Virus record (IMG/VR): IMGVR_UViG_3300032272_000070
Location: 1-24,819 of that record
Direction: 5' to 3' (one strand)
Origin: a virus
Lineage: Duplodnaviria; Caudoviricetes
Length of the DNA stretch: 24,819 nt
The notes beneath the pieces were generated by a model. That model saw nothing but the letters and a program-made list of their open reading frames with translations, had not been told where the DNA came from and did not search any database. The translations under genes and the position numbers were made by a program. Positions 1 to 9,527 of this stretch are shown piece after piece (position 1 is the stretch's first letter; each line of letters begins with the position of its first letter).

Positions 1-873
1 CACCCCAGATACAGACCAAGTGTAAGTATCGCCAGGAGATGTCGTGGTGATAGACAAAGATGCCGTGCCATTTCTGATAATTGTCTCGTCTGAAGCTGCG
101 TTCCATCCTAACGAACATTCAACATCGCATGGGTAGATAATTACTTTTTTAGTGCAATCCCATCCTCCATCAGGGCAGTCTGTCCCAGAGAATGGATTCT
201 CTTGTGCGAAAACAAACTCAAAATGCTCATTCGATTTGAGCATTGAACAATCAACAGCCGCATAGAGCCCAGTCCTATAAGCTGAGAAAGACCACCCTGG
301 AGCAGCGGAAAGCTCCGCATTATATGCGTCAACACTGTCTGAGATATCTGTTTTTTCTCCTGACGAAGAAACTTTATACGCCGAAGCAACACTAATCCTC
401 TCCCCTGCAAACCTCCTATTCCATGTAAACCAAAGTGTTTCTCCAGCTTCAGGGTTCCTGGCTATTCCGGTTGGGACGTAAGGAGGTGGAAATTCCATAG
501 GGAACAGTAAGTAGCCGCTTGCATTTATATCACACACTGCGAAGCAATCTCCTGAAACACCTCCGCTACCTATCTCCCACCCTGGAGAATTATCATATTG
601 CATTGCATCTGCAAAATTCTCCATTTCAGGGAACTCGTCACCCATGTAAGGCTTCTTGAACTGGGAGTGCTGGATAAAAGCAATTCGTTTTCTCTCCATG
701 ACAGAATAAACCTGTCTTCCAATCATGGAACGGTAGGTTCCTCCACCGTCACCGCCATGAAGGTATTCATTAAAACTTAGATCACCATCTGACTTACCAA
801 CCATGTAAGGCTTGCGCCCATAGTCAGCAATAGGGTTATCTTCGCTGTCTGGAATGTTTGTTCTTTTTGCCAT
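1..873 (-). CDS. Probable virion/tail protein, runs off the left edge (>=291 aa; absent from the ORF track)
   Basis: Manual translation from ATG at 873: MAKRTNIPDSEDNPIADYGRKPYMVG...QFKKPYMGDEFPEM...ETIIRNGTASLSITTTSPGDTYTWSVSG, no stop found before base 1. It follows the nozzle gene and the last part is beta/Ig-like in character. Confidence 0.75.
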   Translation of the reverse strand, partial: MAKRTNIPDSEDNPIADYGRKPYMVGKSDGDLSFNEYLHGGDGGGTYRSMIGRQVYSVMERKRIAFIQHSQFKKPYMGDEFPEMENFADAMQYDNSPGWEIGSGGVSGDCFAVCDINASGYLLFPMEFPPPYVPTGIARNPEAGETLWFTWNRRFAGERISVASAYKVSSSGEKTDISDSVDAYNAELSAAPGWSFSAYRTGLYAAVDCSMLKSNEHFEFVFAQENPFSGTDCPDGGWDCTKKVIIYPCDVECSLGWNAASDETIIRNGTASLSITTTSPGDTYTWSVSGV

Positions 874-970
874 TCTTGACCCAGAATCCTTCTTTATTAA
901 GTTCTGGTTCTTCACCTATAGGCTTGCAATCAAAGAACCTTTCATCATTTTTCTTCGGTTCATCTGGCAT
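836..970 (-). CDS. Small 44-aa hypothetical protein (MPDEPKKNDERFFDCKP...HSRQRR)
   Basis: ATG overlaps the nozzle stop (TGATG coupling); overlaps the next gene by 38 nt. Confidence 0.4.
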   Translation of the reverse strand: MPDEPKKNDERFFDCKPIGEEPELNKEGFWVKNGKKNKHSRQRR

Positions 971-3429
971 CATGCACCTTCCCATATCTTTGTTCCAATC
1001 CCAACATCATAGATAGCAAGAGGCTCGTCTATGGTGTCGTTCTGGATTCTTATGGTTATATGATGAGCGGTTATGTTGAGATAGAATCTATGCCGCCTAC
1101 TCGTTTCATTTGTGGCTCCGGCAATCATTGATATGCTTTTGGTCCCGACCTGAACCCCGTTCTTGTAAAATGTCAGGTCAAGATCCCCGGCTGTTTGAGC
1201 TTTAACCCTCATCGCCATCTCGTCAGTAACAAAATATTCACCGTCAACATTAACTTCAATATCGATATAAGTATCAATCGCTGTCTCTACTGACCCGTTA
1301 TAGTCGTTAACACCATTGTTTAAACGATAGATAAAACCATCGTCATCACCGCCACCAAGCTGCACGGTCCCGACATTTGATTCTGTAGCCCCTGAATCAG
1401 CTGATACTTCGGCCATACAAAGCATATCCTGGGCTGGAGTATCGAAAGACCATGTGCCGTCCACAACGTCAAAGACAGGGAAAGTATTGCAGGTAGTGCT
1501 TGAGCCGGTAACAAGGCCGATCCGCACAACCTCTTCGGCTGAATCGTAGCCGATCCACATCTTGTCTTTATAGGCAATATTAATGCACTCATCTTGCTGA
1601 GGATCAAAATAGTTGCGTATGTCATTTGATACTATATGGATAGTTCTACCATCAGTAGAGCAGACCCCCACCCTGGACAGGAAGAAAGCTATTGTCTTTA
1701 TTCTTGATTCTGTTCTGGTTCTGGTCATCACTCCGTCAACGACAACAACGCTCTTCGCGTTCATCGTGCCTATCTCAGAAGAAAGAACAAGTTTACCGAA
1801 AGTTGTAGGACTATACCCCTCGAATATCGTTACACAGCCACCCTCACTCCCGATCTCTTCCTGCCAGACCATCAGCTCATTTACAAAGTTGCGCTGGGCC
1901 TTGATAGGGTTGTACCGGCCATCACCGGCCCTTAATATCCCATAATCAGAACCATTCAAAACTAATGGAGCCCCTGTCTTCGAGACATAGACATAAGGCC
2001 CGTACTGATCAAAAGAATAACAGGCCCGGTCTTTCCATACTGCATTAGTCTTACCGGACGAACCGAAGTCAGACACATCGTAATAAGGCATATAGCTCAT
2101 GGCGAGGGTGACATCTGCATCCACAGCAGCATCAAGCACTATCTTATACCAATATGCCTGATACTTTGAAGTGTTTAACTCTCTGGTCTGAGCATCTTGC
2201 CTGGGGAATGTGAGCCATCCTGCGTTCTGCAAACCATTTGTTCCATCAACTACAGTCCCAACTGAAACCCAAGCCGTCCCATTCCAGTACGAAATAGTGA
2301 AAGCTGGAGCAGTAGCTACGTTTGGCAAAGAACCTGGACTAACATAAATACCTTCAATCTTGCTTGCAGCGGCAAAATAGATGATATCGCTAGTTGTAAG
2401 ATCACCAACGTCAACCGCAGCTGCACCGTATATTTCATAGGCTGTGTCGGCATTTACATAAACCTGGGCCTCAACACCATACACATCAACTCCGTCCCAT
2501 ATATTTCTTAATGGATGTGGTGCGGTGTCATTGAATTTGACAGAAGCAATCTCAACCTCAGCATCAAGCTGGACAGTAACCCTTAGCTGATACCAAAAAC
2601 CATTGGTGCCGTACATATATTTTTCTTGTTCAGCAGATCCGGGAGATGTCCATGTAATGGCACCATCTATGGCAAGCGTAGCCCCGCCAGAAGTAGTCCC
2701 GTCAGAAAAACCGGCTGAGGCCTCAGTCCATGCGGTTCCATTCCAATACCATACTGAAATAACTGAAGCAGTCCCGTTTGCCGCAGAGACATCGAATGTA
2801 AGAGAATTTGCAGGAACCTTAGTCTTTATAAAAATACATTCAAAGGCAGCATAGGTGTTCAAACTGTCAAGGATAGCAACTTTTGTTGCGTCAACAGTGT
2901 CTCGAACTTCCAGCGAGTAGTCCCTGCCATTATCCGGGATAGCTGCGGGAGCGGCACCGCCATCGAATACAATAAATTTATCTACAAGTGAACTGTCACC
3001 ACAATAAACCTGATGCTGATCAATTCCATTACTGTAAAGCATGTGGTCTTTAACATTTGAGAATGAAGCTGGGATTGATCCAGATGAACCGGTATGAGTA
3101 AGAGATCCGAAAGCTCCGGTCCTCTTATCTGGAATCTTTAGGTTAGTGGTATCCTGAGCCCAAAGGTCATCATTATCTAATTGAGCGAATAACTTTTGTT
3201 CTGCACCACGGACAGACCGGTACTGATACATATTAACAATGCCAGGCGTTCCTGTTATGGCAGTGGTATGAAGCTGGTTACACCCTTTCCTTTGCCTGAG
3301 CCCCGGATGATCACCCCTCATATTCTGCAACCAGGAAAATTCACCAAACTTAAGCTGGGTCTTATCTCTTTCAGTTACACAACCGCCAGAGACAGGATAT
3401 GTTTTAACTCCGGTCCTCTTTCTAAGCAT
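970..3429 (-). CDS. Tail nozzle / head-closure protein (P22 gp10 / T7 gp12-like position), 819 aa
   Basis: Size, beta-rich sequence, position right after the adaptor gene, GGAG RBS; N-terminal 'LQNMR...LRQRKG' resembles podoviral stabilisation proteins. Confidence 0.65.
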   Translation of the reverse strand: MLRKRTGVKTYPVSGGCVTERDKTQLKFGEFSWLQNMRGDHPGLRQRKGCNQLHTTAITGTPGIVNMYQYRSVRGAEQKLFAQLDNDDLWAQDTTNLKIPDKRTGAFGSLTHTGSSGSIPASFSNVKDHMLYSNGIDQHQVYCGDSSLVDKFIVFDGGAAPAAIPDNGRDYSLEVRDTVDATKVAILDSLNTYAAFECIFIKTKVPANSLTFDVSAANGTASVISVWYWNGTAWTEASAGFSDGTTSGGATLAIDGAITWTSPGSAEQEKYMYGTNGFWYQLRVTVQLDAEVEIASVKFNDTAPHPLRNIWDGVDVYGVEAQVYVNADTAYEIYGAAAVDVGDLTTSDIIYFAAASKIEGIYVSPGSLPNVATAPAFTISYWNGTAWVSVGTVVDGTNGLQNAGWLTFPRQDAQTRELNTSKYQAYWYKIVLDAAVDADVTLAMSYMPYYDVSDFGSSGKTNAVWKDRACYSFDQYGPYVYVSKTGAPLVLNGSDYGILRAGDGRYNPIKAQRNFVNELMVWQEEIGSEGGCVTIFEGYSPTTFGKLVLSSEIGTMNAKSVVVVDGVMTRTRTESRIKTIAFFLSRVGVCSTDGRTIHIVSNDIRNYFDPQQDECINIAYKDKMWIGYDSAEEVVRIGLVTGSSTTCNTFPVFDVVDGTWSFDTPAQDMLCMAEVSADSGATESNVGTVQLGGGDDDGFIYRLNNGVNDYNGSVETAIDTYIDIEVNVDGEYFVTDEMAMRVKAQTAGDLDLTFYKNGVQVGTKSISMIAGATNETSRRHRFYLNITAHHITIRIQNDTIDEPLAIYDVGIGTKIWEGA

Positions 3430-3437
3430 TGGTACTC

Positions 3438-4265
3438 CTATTGATACCCTGAGATTGCATCTCCAAGATTAACATCAGTATCTTCTACGCCATATACCTT
3501 TATTGCTTCGGCAAGCATGTCATTCCAGAGCATTATCTCTGACTGGGTTGGTTTTTCTTGAGCTATAGGGAATCCTGCTTTTACGAGTTGAACAGCCTTT
3601 GGGGCTATCAGGTGTTGAAACGCTTCTGGGATTTCAGGAACTAACCCGAAATAATCTGAAGCGGCAGCTGTTTCAAGTATGGTTGCAACCCTGGCTACTG
3701 AATAATCAGTGATAGTATCAGTCCAGTCTTTCGTTATGTTGTTTAGTTCCATACCATTATAATAATCAGCTACTTTGCTGAATGATGTCGGGAAGGTAAT
3801 CGATGTTGCGGCTCCAGCAGCGGCAGCTCCGAACTGGAGATCCCGCGCTTTCTTTCTGTAGTAAAAAACATAGGGCCCGGTAACTCCGTCTTTGTTAACT
3901 GTTATGGAGTTACCGGTCCTTAAGTATTCATTCTTGCTTCCAGTCCCATCGTTTATAGGGATATTGCCAACAGTTACAGGAACTACCTTGTACCCTTGAT
4001 CGTCCCTTATCTCGGCTATTACACCCATATCGCCTGGAAGAGTAAAGACAGAAGAAGTCCCGGTTATAGTTGCCTTTGCGTAAAAATAACCGGGAATCCT
4101 CTGCACCAACATTGCGAAGAGAGTTCTATACGACTGGTTCAACTTGATCAACAGATACGCATTACTGTACTTCCCCGTGGTATCTGTGCCCTGGACATAA
4201 GCATCCCCTGATTCGTTAAGTTCCTCTCTCATTGAGGAAATCAAGCTATAGCAGTCATATAACAT
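3438..4265 (-). CDS. Head-to-tail adaptor (tail tubular protein A-like), 275 aa
   Basis: Pattern of N-terminal helix, 'YLLIKLNQSY', 'VFTLPGD', 'PEIPEAFQHLI' typical of phage adaptors; synteny. Confidence 0.65.
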   Translation of the reverse strand: MLYDCYSLISSMREELNESGDAYVQGTDTTGKYSNAYLLIKLNQSYRTLFAMLVQRIPGYFYAKATITGTSSVFTLPGDMGVIAEIRDDQGYKVVPVTVGNIPINDGTGSKNEYLRTGNSITVNKDGVTGPYVFYYRKKARDLQFGAAAAGAATSITFPTSFSKVADYYNGMELNNITKDWTDTITDYSVARVATILETAAASDYFGLVPEIPEAFQHLIAPKAVQLVKAGFPIAQEKPTQSEIMLWNDMLAEAIKVYGVEDTDVNLGDAISGYQ

Positions 4266-4277
4266 TAAGAAACCTCT

Positions 4278-5006
4278 CTAAATTTTAAGCTGCTCTCCGC
4301 CAACCAGATCGGTATGCTTCTTCCGAACCTCTGATTTGGCATCTTCTGGCCACAGTTTAACCGCTTCGAGGTTTTGGTCCAACCATGTTTTAAAGTGGTC
4401 TTTTCTGGTGTAGGAATTACACTTATCCACCATCGCCTCAATTTCTTTGGCTTTGGCTTCAGCATCTAACTCAGTGGAGCTCTTCATTTCTGGAGCCTGC
4501 ATACCTCCAGCCTTAACTATTTCCAGAAGATCTTTTATCTGGTTGCCCTGCTCCCTGAGCATACTATTAAGCTCTCTGTTCTCTGCCCTCTGAGCGTTTA
4601 ACTCTTTCTGAGTCTCATCGCTTACCTCATAAGGGCTAATCAACTGGATACCCTCAGCCTTGGCGTAAACGATAAGCTTTTCAGTTGGATGGACATAAGG
4701 AAGGCGCTGAATCTTGTTAGCCTCGTTCATCTGGTTATGCTCGATGATCATCTTGCGCCTGAAGGCCTTATTTGCCTTGATACCGGCATTTGCCTTCTGC
4801 TCCTTGACAGTTCCGCCACCTAAAGCTTTCTTTGTATCATCCCCATAATCAAGAGCAACTATACCCCTTGTGCCCCACTCGTTGACAATATGGTTAGCAG
4901 TTGCCTTATCCTCGATAGGCCTAATTTGGCCTGGCTTAAAGATAAACGGCCTGCTGGCATACATAGTTTCAATAATTTCATCTGTCGGGTTGTATAAATT
5001 CTGCAT
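4278..5006 (-). CDS. Hypothetical phage protein with coiled coil
   Basis: ORF track 4278..5024; ATG at 5006 preceded by AGGAG/GAGG is the more likely start. Confidence 0.7.
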   Translation of the reverse strand: MQNLYNPTDEIIETMYASRPFIFKPGQIRPIEDKATANHIVNEWGTRGIVALDYGDDTKKALGGGTVKEQKANAGIKANKAFRRKMIIEHNQMNEANKIQRLPYVHPTEKLIVYAKAEGIQLISPYEVSDETQKELNAQRAENRELNSMLREQGNQIKDLLEIVKAGGMQAPEMKSSTELDAEAKAKEIEAMVDKCNSYTRKDHFKTWLDQNLEAVKLWPEDAKSEVRKKHTDLVGGEQLKI

Positions 5007-5044
5007 CCTCAATCTCCTTCTCACAAAACCACATTAAAATATGA

Positions 5045-5482
5045 TTATGCAAAAACTTTGCCTTTCGGCTTTGGTTTTGGTAACTGACGAAAGGGCCTAT
5101 TCCCTTTGCCGCCAGGGTTGTTAATCTTTGCGAAAGCTCTAATAAGTTGATGCTTGTTGTCTCTGGTATTATCATCAAAGGCAGCACGGGCCTTCTTGCG
5201 TTGCTTTTCCCTGTATTCGTTCATATATCTGGCTGTCTTGCCAAGCCTATCTTTAACGCTAGATTTGTTTAGATCTCCCTGTAAAATCTTATCTATGTCG
5301 CGTTGATCAGGGACCCTGAACTTGCCATCTGCATTTTTTACAGTATAGATCGGAACCGGTTCCCCAGTTGCTCTCGTGTATGTAACAATTACCAGAGCCG
5401 CATCTTGATTAAAGAAACATCCAAGCTTGGTATCAATCTCTTTCAGCTTTCTTACAAATCCGTGGTCAGGGGTATAACTCAT
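5045..5482 (-). CDS. Hypothetical basic phage protein, 145 aa
   Basis: AAAGGAGAG RBS, operon context. Confidence 0.75.
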   Translation of the reverse strand: MSYTPDHGFVRKLKEIDTKLGCFFNQDAALVIVTYTRATGEPVPIYTVKNADGKFRVPDQRDIDKILQGDLNKSSVKDRLGKTARYMNEYREKQRKKARAAFDDNTRDNKHQLIRAFAKINNPGGKGNRPFRQLPKPKPKGKVFA

Positions 5483-5507
5483 TGTTCTCTCCTTTGGTTA
5501 AAATAAT

Positions 5508-7040
5508 TTATTCATACCACCCTTCAAATGTTGCGCTTACATCGCCTCCGACAGCAACAGCCTTAGCCCTTACCTCTATATCTGACATCGACTGTATTGG
5601 TAGTGGGAACTCAAACTTGAACTGGTAATCCCCAGAGAATATATGTGTCCTATATTTAATCTGGAACAGCTCTCCAGGAGGTCTAATAAAAATATTTATC
5701 TCAGCGCCCTTATTGCTAGATGTGGCAGCTGATCCACTTGTTAGGTATAAAGTCTTCCCTGTGGGTACTGTCCACAGAGCCATTAGAGTTTGATTGGCAG
5801 TGGCATCAACCAAAGCCCATACTACTGCTGGTTTTCCTGCCCCAACCGCACCGGTGCCAACATAAATAATCCCATCATTCCACAAGAGAGTCCCAGCAGT
5901 ATTAACTATTATCCTGTTAACTCTGGAATATGATAAATTACTACTAACAGCGTTCTGACCATTCAATGATAGGGTTTCGTTCTGTTCTGCTCCTGTTGCA
6001 GAATTAAGGCCATATATTGTGGCAGTCCACGCTCCGGTCCCAGTAGTAGCCACATCGTTTGTGCTTGAACTAGATATGGTCACAATACCAGCGGCAGCAT
6101 CTACAGCAACCCAGGGATACAACCCTCCCTCGCTCCAGATAGTTTCGTATGAAGTTCCTACTGATGGGTTATCTCCAAACTTAAATAAGGCACTATGCCC
6201 AGCCACATTACCTTCGGCTATATCTACATAATAAGGAGTAGATGATACCCTTGGCTTATTATCAACGTGCTTAACTCCGTATGCGACATCACTATCATCA
6301 TATAATTTAAAGGCAACCGAGGGGTCTGTCTCTTCTATAGAGACTTTCTGGTTGTTACCGTTTGTGAGTCTTACAAATCCAAGAGTTCCGTCATCTCTTA
6401 TCCCCATAGTGACAGCATGAGTATGAAGAGCCTTATCGACAGAAATGTAACCCACAGATACTTCGTTGGCGGTATGGAACTGTATAACCATGTTGCAGAA
6501 TGGTACAGGATCACCATCAACAACATACTCATAGTCAGCATAAGTGGTAGAGTCGGCGCTTTTATCTATTGTCCCAACTGTCGATCCAGATGCCGTCTTG
6601 AGAATAATTTTAACATTACTGAACGTACCTGTTGCCGTGCAGAATCTAAAAATACCAGTATCAACAGGGCGATTTAACTTAATGCTTATTTCCTTGGGGT
6701 TGGTTGCGGTACTGTTGACCATTACAGAGGATATATTGTCGAACAGGTCGGTTACGGTGCCAGAGAAGCCAGTAGAGGTGGAGGTTGATGTGTTAATGTC
6801 TTTTGCGTATATTGAATCTCCGTCAGTAGAAAATGGGTATTGAACGCTGACAACATTCCCCGATGAATCTACTACTTGTGTTTTCTGGCTTCCGTCTGTC
6901 TGGGCATCATAGGTAGCTGGATTTATTGCAGTCCCACCAGTGTCGATAGGGACGATAGCAAGAGCATTGCCAATCTGCTTGACAGCAAAGACATCTCCGT
7001 TCTCGTCAATAAATCTGGTTAAAACCCTATCTTCCGACAT
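5508..7040 (-). CDS. Probable virion structural protein, 510 aa, modular beta-rich
   Basis: Thr/Ser/Gly/Val-rich; C-terminal 'IAEGNVAGHSALFKFGDNPSVGTSYETIW...SSSSTND...GTGA' domain recalled from environmental phage structural regions; GGAG RBS. Confidence 0.6.
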   Translation of the reverse strand: MSEDRVLTRFIDENGDVFAVKQIGNALAIVPIDTGGTAINPATYDAQTDGSQKTQVVDSSGNVVSVQYPFSTDGDSIYAKDINTSTSTSTGFSGTVTDLFDNISSVMVNSTATNPKEISIKLNRPVDTGIFRFCTATGTFSNVKIILKTASGSTVGTIDKSADSTTYADYEYVVDGDPVPFCNMVIQFHTANEVSVGYISVDKALHTHAVTMGIRDDGTLGFVRLTNGNNQKVSIEETDPSVAFKLYDDSDVAYGVKHVDNKPRVSSTPYYVDIAEGNVAGHSALFKFGDNPSVGTSYETIWSEGGLYPWVAVDAAAGIVTISSSSTNDVATTGTGAWTATIYGLNSATGAEQNETLSLNGQNAVSSNLSYSRVNRIIVNTAGTLLWNDGIIYVGTGAVGAGKPAVVWALVDATANQTLMALWTVPTGKTLYLTSGSAATSSNKGAEINIFIRPPGELFQIKYRTHIFSGDYQFKFEFPLPIQSMSDIEVRAKAVAVGGDVSATFEGWYE

Positions 7041-7049
7041 CTGATCTCC

Positions 7050-7086
7050 AAAAAAAAGGGCTGAAGCCGGTTAAAGCTCCAGCCCT
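7050..7086 (-). terminator. Rho-independent terminator after the capsid/beta-helix genes
   Basis: Minus strand AGGGCTGGAGCT-TTAACC-GGCTTCAGCCCT running into a run of 8 T. Confidence 0.9.
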
Positions 7087-7115
7087 GTCTGGTCATTGTT
7101 ACTGAACACTACTAA

Positions 7116-8078
7116 TTAAGCTGTATGGTCGTAACTGGTGGCCAACAGATTATCAACAGCAGCAGCACCGGCATAATTGAAGCCCCATATAACACTGGCC
7201 TCATTTGCAGCCGCTACGACATCGGTGCAACCCCAGAAGGTACATTGCAGATCAAAGATCATCTTGAAGTTACCTAAGCCTGTACCGTCAATACCGAGGG
7301 TCAGGGTGGTTCCAATATTGATAAACTTGCAGTTCTCAAAGAATGCGATACCACCTCCAGCTCCAGCGATTACCTTCATAAAAGTAACCTGAGCATTATC
7401 AGCGTTCATATAGAAGGTGCAGTTCTTAAAGAATGACCTTGGCGGATCGACACTGGCCTGAAACTCGATCATATTGCCATTGGTCCATGCGATAGCATCC
7501 GTACCGAAAGTACACTCTTCAAAGTAAATCTCGTTGCTACCGAGCCTCACAAGGTCATACGCAGCCTGATCAAGAGCTACTGCATCAGCAGGAAGCAGAT
7601 GGCAATTCCGGTAGGTGTTCCTTCCGCCAGTATCGGTGAGGCAGTTCAAGTTAACCGCCCCTCCAGTACCGTGCATGAAGTACAGGTTCTCGAACAGGTT
7701 CCCGTAACCAGAAACAGTTAAGAGGTTAGCCATTGCCGCACTCTGTCCGATTCTTGACCTCATATTCTGCCGGGCTTTAGGATAATTACCTAGAAGATGG
7801 GTCATGTTTTTATCCCATGTAATACCAACAGCCTGACTATGGTTCTCAGGGGTCAAATTGACAATATCGTTGCGGCCAGTGGTAGCGGCGGCAAGAGCGG
7901 TAGTAATAGACGGATGTAGATGAGATTCATCTACGCCTCCCTCTCCCGGACCACGGCCATTTAGCCAGCTATACGGAGCCCCAGTGCCAGAGCTATAAAC
8001 ATACCTCTCTTCAGCTCCATACATCCCAGCCCCAATTTTACGCCGAAGCGATGGGGATAAGTTTTTTTCTTCAATCAT
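7116..8078 (-). CDS. Beta-helix (pectin-lyase-like) protein, probable head decoration/spike
   Basis: Repeated FENLYF / YRNCHL / FEECTF / FKNCTF / FENCKF rungs and cap helix 'SITTALAAATTGRNDIV'; directly follows the capsid gene. Start placed at ATG 8078 behind GGGAGGG (8086-8092). Confidence 0.65.
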   Translation of the reverse strand: MIEEKNLSPSLRRKIGAGMYGAEERYVYSSGTGAPYSWLNGRGPGEGGVDESHLHPSITTALAAATTGRNDIVNLTPENHSQAVGITWDKNMTHLLGNYPKARQNMRSRIGQSAAMANLLTVSGYGNLFENLYFMHGTGGAVNLNCLTDTGGRNTYRNCHLLPADAVALDQAAYDLVRLGSNEIYFEECTFGTDAIAWTNGNMIEFQASVDPPRSFFKNCTFYMNADNAQVTFMKVIAGAGGGIAFFENCKFINIGTTLTLGIDGTGLGNFKMIFDLQCTFWGCTDVVAAANEASVIWGFNYAGAAAVDNLLATSYDHTA

Positions 8079-8103
8079 GATTTTGCCCTCCCAAGGCACA
8101 GTT

Positions 8104-8161
8104 TACCCCTCTTTCGAGGATACTAAGGAAATTTAAGGCAGGGGCCCCGAAGAGCCCCGCC
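8104..8161 (-). promoter_or_regulatory. Two RNA hairpins after the capsid stop (cUUCGg and GAAA tetraloops)
   Basis: GGCGGGGCTC-TTCG-GGGCCCCTGCC (8137-8161, weak U tail) and TATCCTC-GAAA-GAGGGGTA (8104-8122). Confidence 0.7.
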
Positions 8162-8171
8162 AAGTTAAAGC

Positions 8172-9497
8172 TTAGTACAAGGACGGCTCGGTAAGATCTT
8201 TCAGCAATGTGAGGCAGTTACGCTTCTCACAGCCAAGCTGGGTGTAGATTTTCAAGAACTGATCCCCTTGATCGTAGTCAGGCCGTTGCTGCATGGTCCC
8301 ACCCCAGTCACCCCAACCAAGAGGCTCAAGCTCATACTTCTGAATGGCATCTTTTGGCTCGAAGTAGATCCGGTTAGGTGCGTTGACAGGATCAACGATC
8401 ATCTCAACTGTTCCATCACCGCCAGAGAAGGTCAGCATCTCATAACCGCCTCGAAGTTCGGTAGGTGCAAACCGGACATCAGGAGAAAGAAGATTTGCAT
8501 ACTTTCTCTTCTGGCCAAGACCAAGACGCATGGTGCTTACCTTCATGCCAGAAGCAATCCGGGTACGGTCAAGGGCCTGGAGCATCAGGTTGATAGTCAA
8601 TTCACGGTTTACACCGGAGTTGCTGACGATATTTGCTTTCCACTTCTGGTTAGCCGAAACCAGGATATTCTCAAAAGTAGCAAGCAAAGTACCGTCATCG
8701 TAGATTCCCTGGAGACCTGTCATCTCGATAGGAGTATCGGTAGTTGCAAAAGCAGCTTCACGGGCACCCTGGCGAACGATAACAGAACCAGAGGCAATGG
8801 TATCGGTAGCAATGGTGTAAGACCGAGCGGCTACGATTGGATGGTCAGCCTTATAAGTCCCATCGTTTGCTTCAAAGGTAACAACCTTGGTGGCAGGGTT
8901 CAGGGACAGGATACGGCTGGAAGTTGCACTCTGGTCAATAGCGCCAGCAGTATTATAGAAATCAACAACCATACCTTCCTGAAGGTTCATAAGACCAACA
9001 TCGTTGTCACAGGTACAAGTCCATGTGCCGGTAGTAGACAAAGAATCGGAAGCAGCTGACAAAGTTGCCAGGGCACCGAAGCCGTCAGAATGGCTCATCC
9101 TGTTCATGTCAACAACCAGGGCATTATAAAGGTTATCAACCTCTCCGCCCAGATCGGTCATAAAGGAAGCATAATTACCCTTGGCAGCGGCAATAGCCGG
9201 ACCGGACATTCTCAAACGACCATATACATAGATCGGATTGATACGCCCTTTGTCATACTTACCAGGCAGAGGGGAAGGCAGGAGTTGTCCATCGCCACGG
9301 GCACCAACACCTTGAGGGTTGGCATAAGTAGCATTAAAGTTGTAACCAAGACCAGCAGGCTGTCTTTCTGACTTGCTGAACTGATTATAGGTGGTAGTCT
9401 CATCATTGAACTGCCGGTTTACGGTATCACCGTAAGTTTCTTTCAGCAATTCAGCCATATTTGACAGGGTTGATCCTGCCACTAATCCTGTAGTCAT
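8172..9497 (-). CDS. Major capsid protein, 441 aa
   Basis: Follows the acidic scaffold gene; 'LLKETYGD.V..QFN' start, long backbone helix and 'CEKRNC' C-terminus fit HK97-fold capsids; followed by hairpins. Confidence 0.85.
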   Translation of the reverse strand: MTTGLVAGSTLSNMAELLKETYGDTVNRQFNDETTTYNQFSKSERQPAGLGYNFNATYANPQGVGARGDGQLLPSPLPGKYDKGRINPIYVYGRLRMSGPAIAAAKGNYASFMTDLGGEVDNLYNALVVDMNRMSHSDGFGALATLSAASDSLSTTGTWTCTCDNDVGLMNLQEGMVVDFYNTAGAIDQSATSSRILSLNPATKVVTFEANDGTYKADHPIVAARSYTIATDTIASGSVIVRQGAREAAFATTDTPIEMTGLQGIYDDGTLLATFENILVSANQKWKANIVSNSGVNRELTINLMLQALDRTRIASGMKVSTMRLGLGQKRKYANLLSPDVRFAPTELRGGYEMLTFSGGDGTVEMIVDPVNAPNRIYFEPKDAIQKYELEPLGWGDWGGTMQQRPDYDQGDQFLKIYTQLGCEKRNCLTLLKDLTEPSLY

Positions 9498-9527
9498 AAT
9501 AGTTTCCTTACCACCTTAATGCCTGTG

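Noticed and set aside
836-970. Programmed frameshift joining the 44-aa ORF to the 873 ORF
   Set aside because: Would need +1; the C-AAA-AAG run is not a canonical slippery heptamer; the downstream ORF has its own ATG.
4265-4465. Alternative-frame minus-strand ORFs (141..410, 4265..4465, 13153..13356, 13813..14136, 24036..24242 and similar)
   Set aside because: Nested out of frame within better-supported genes and without RBS.
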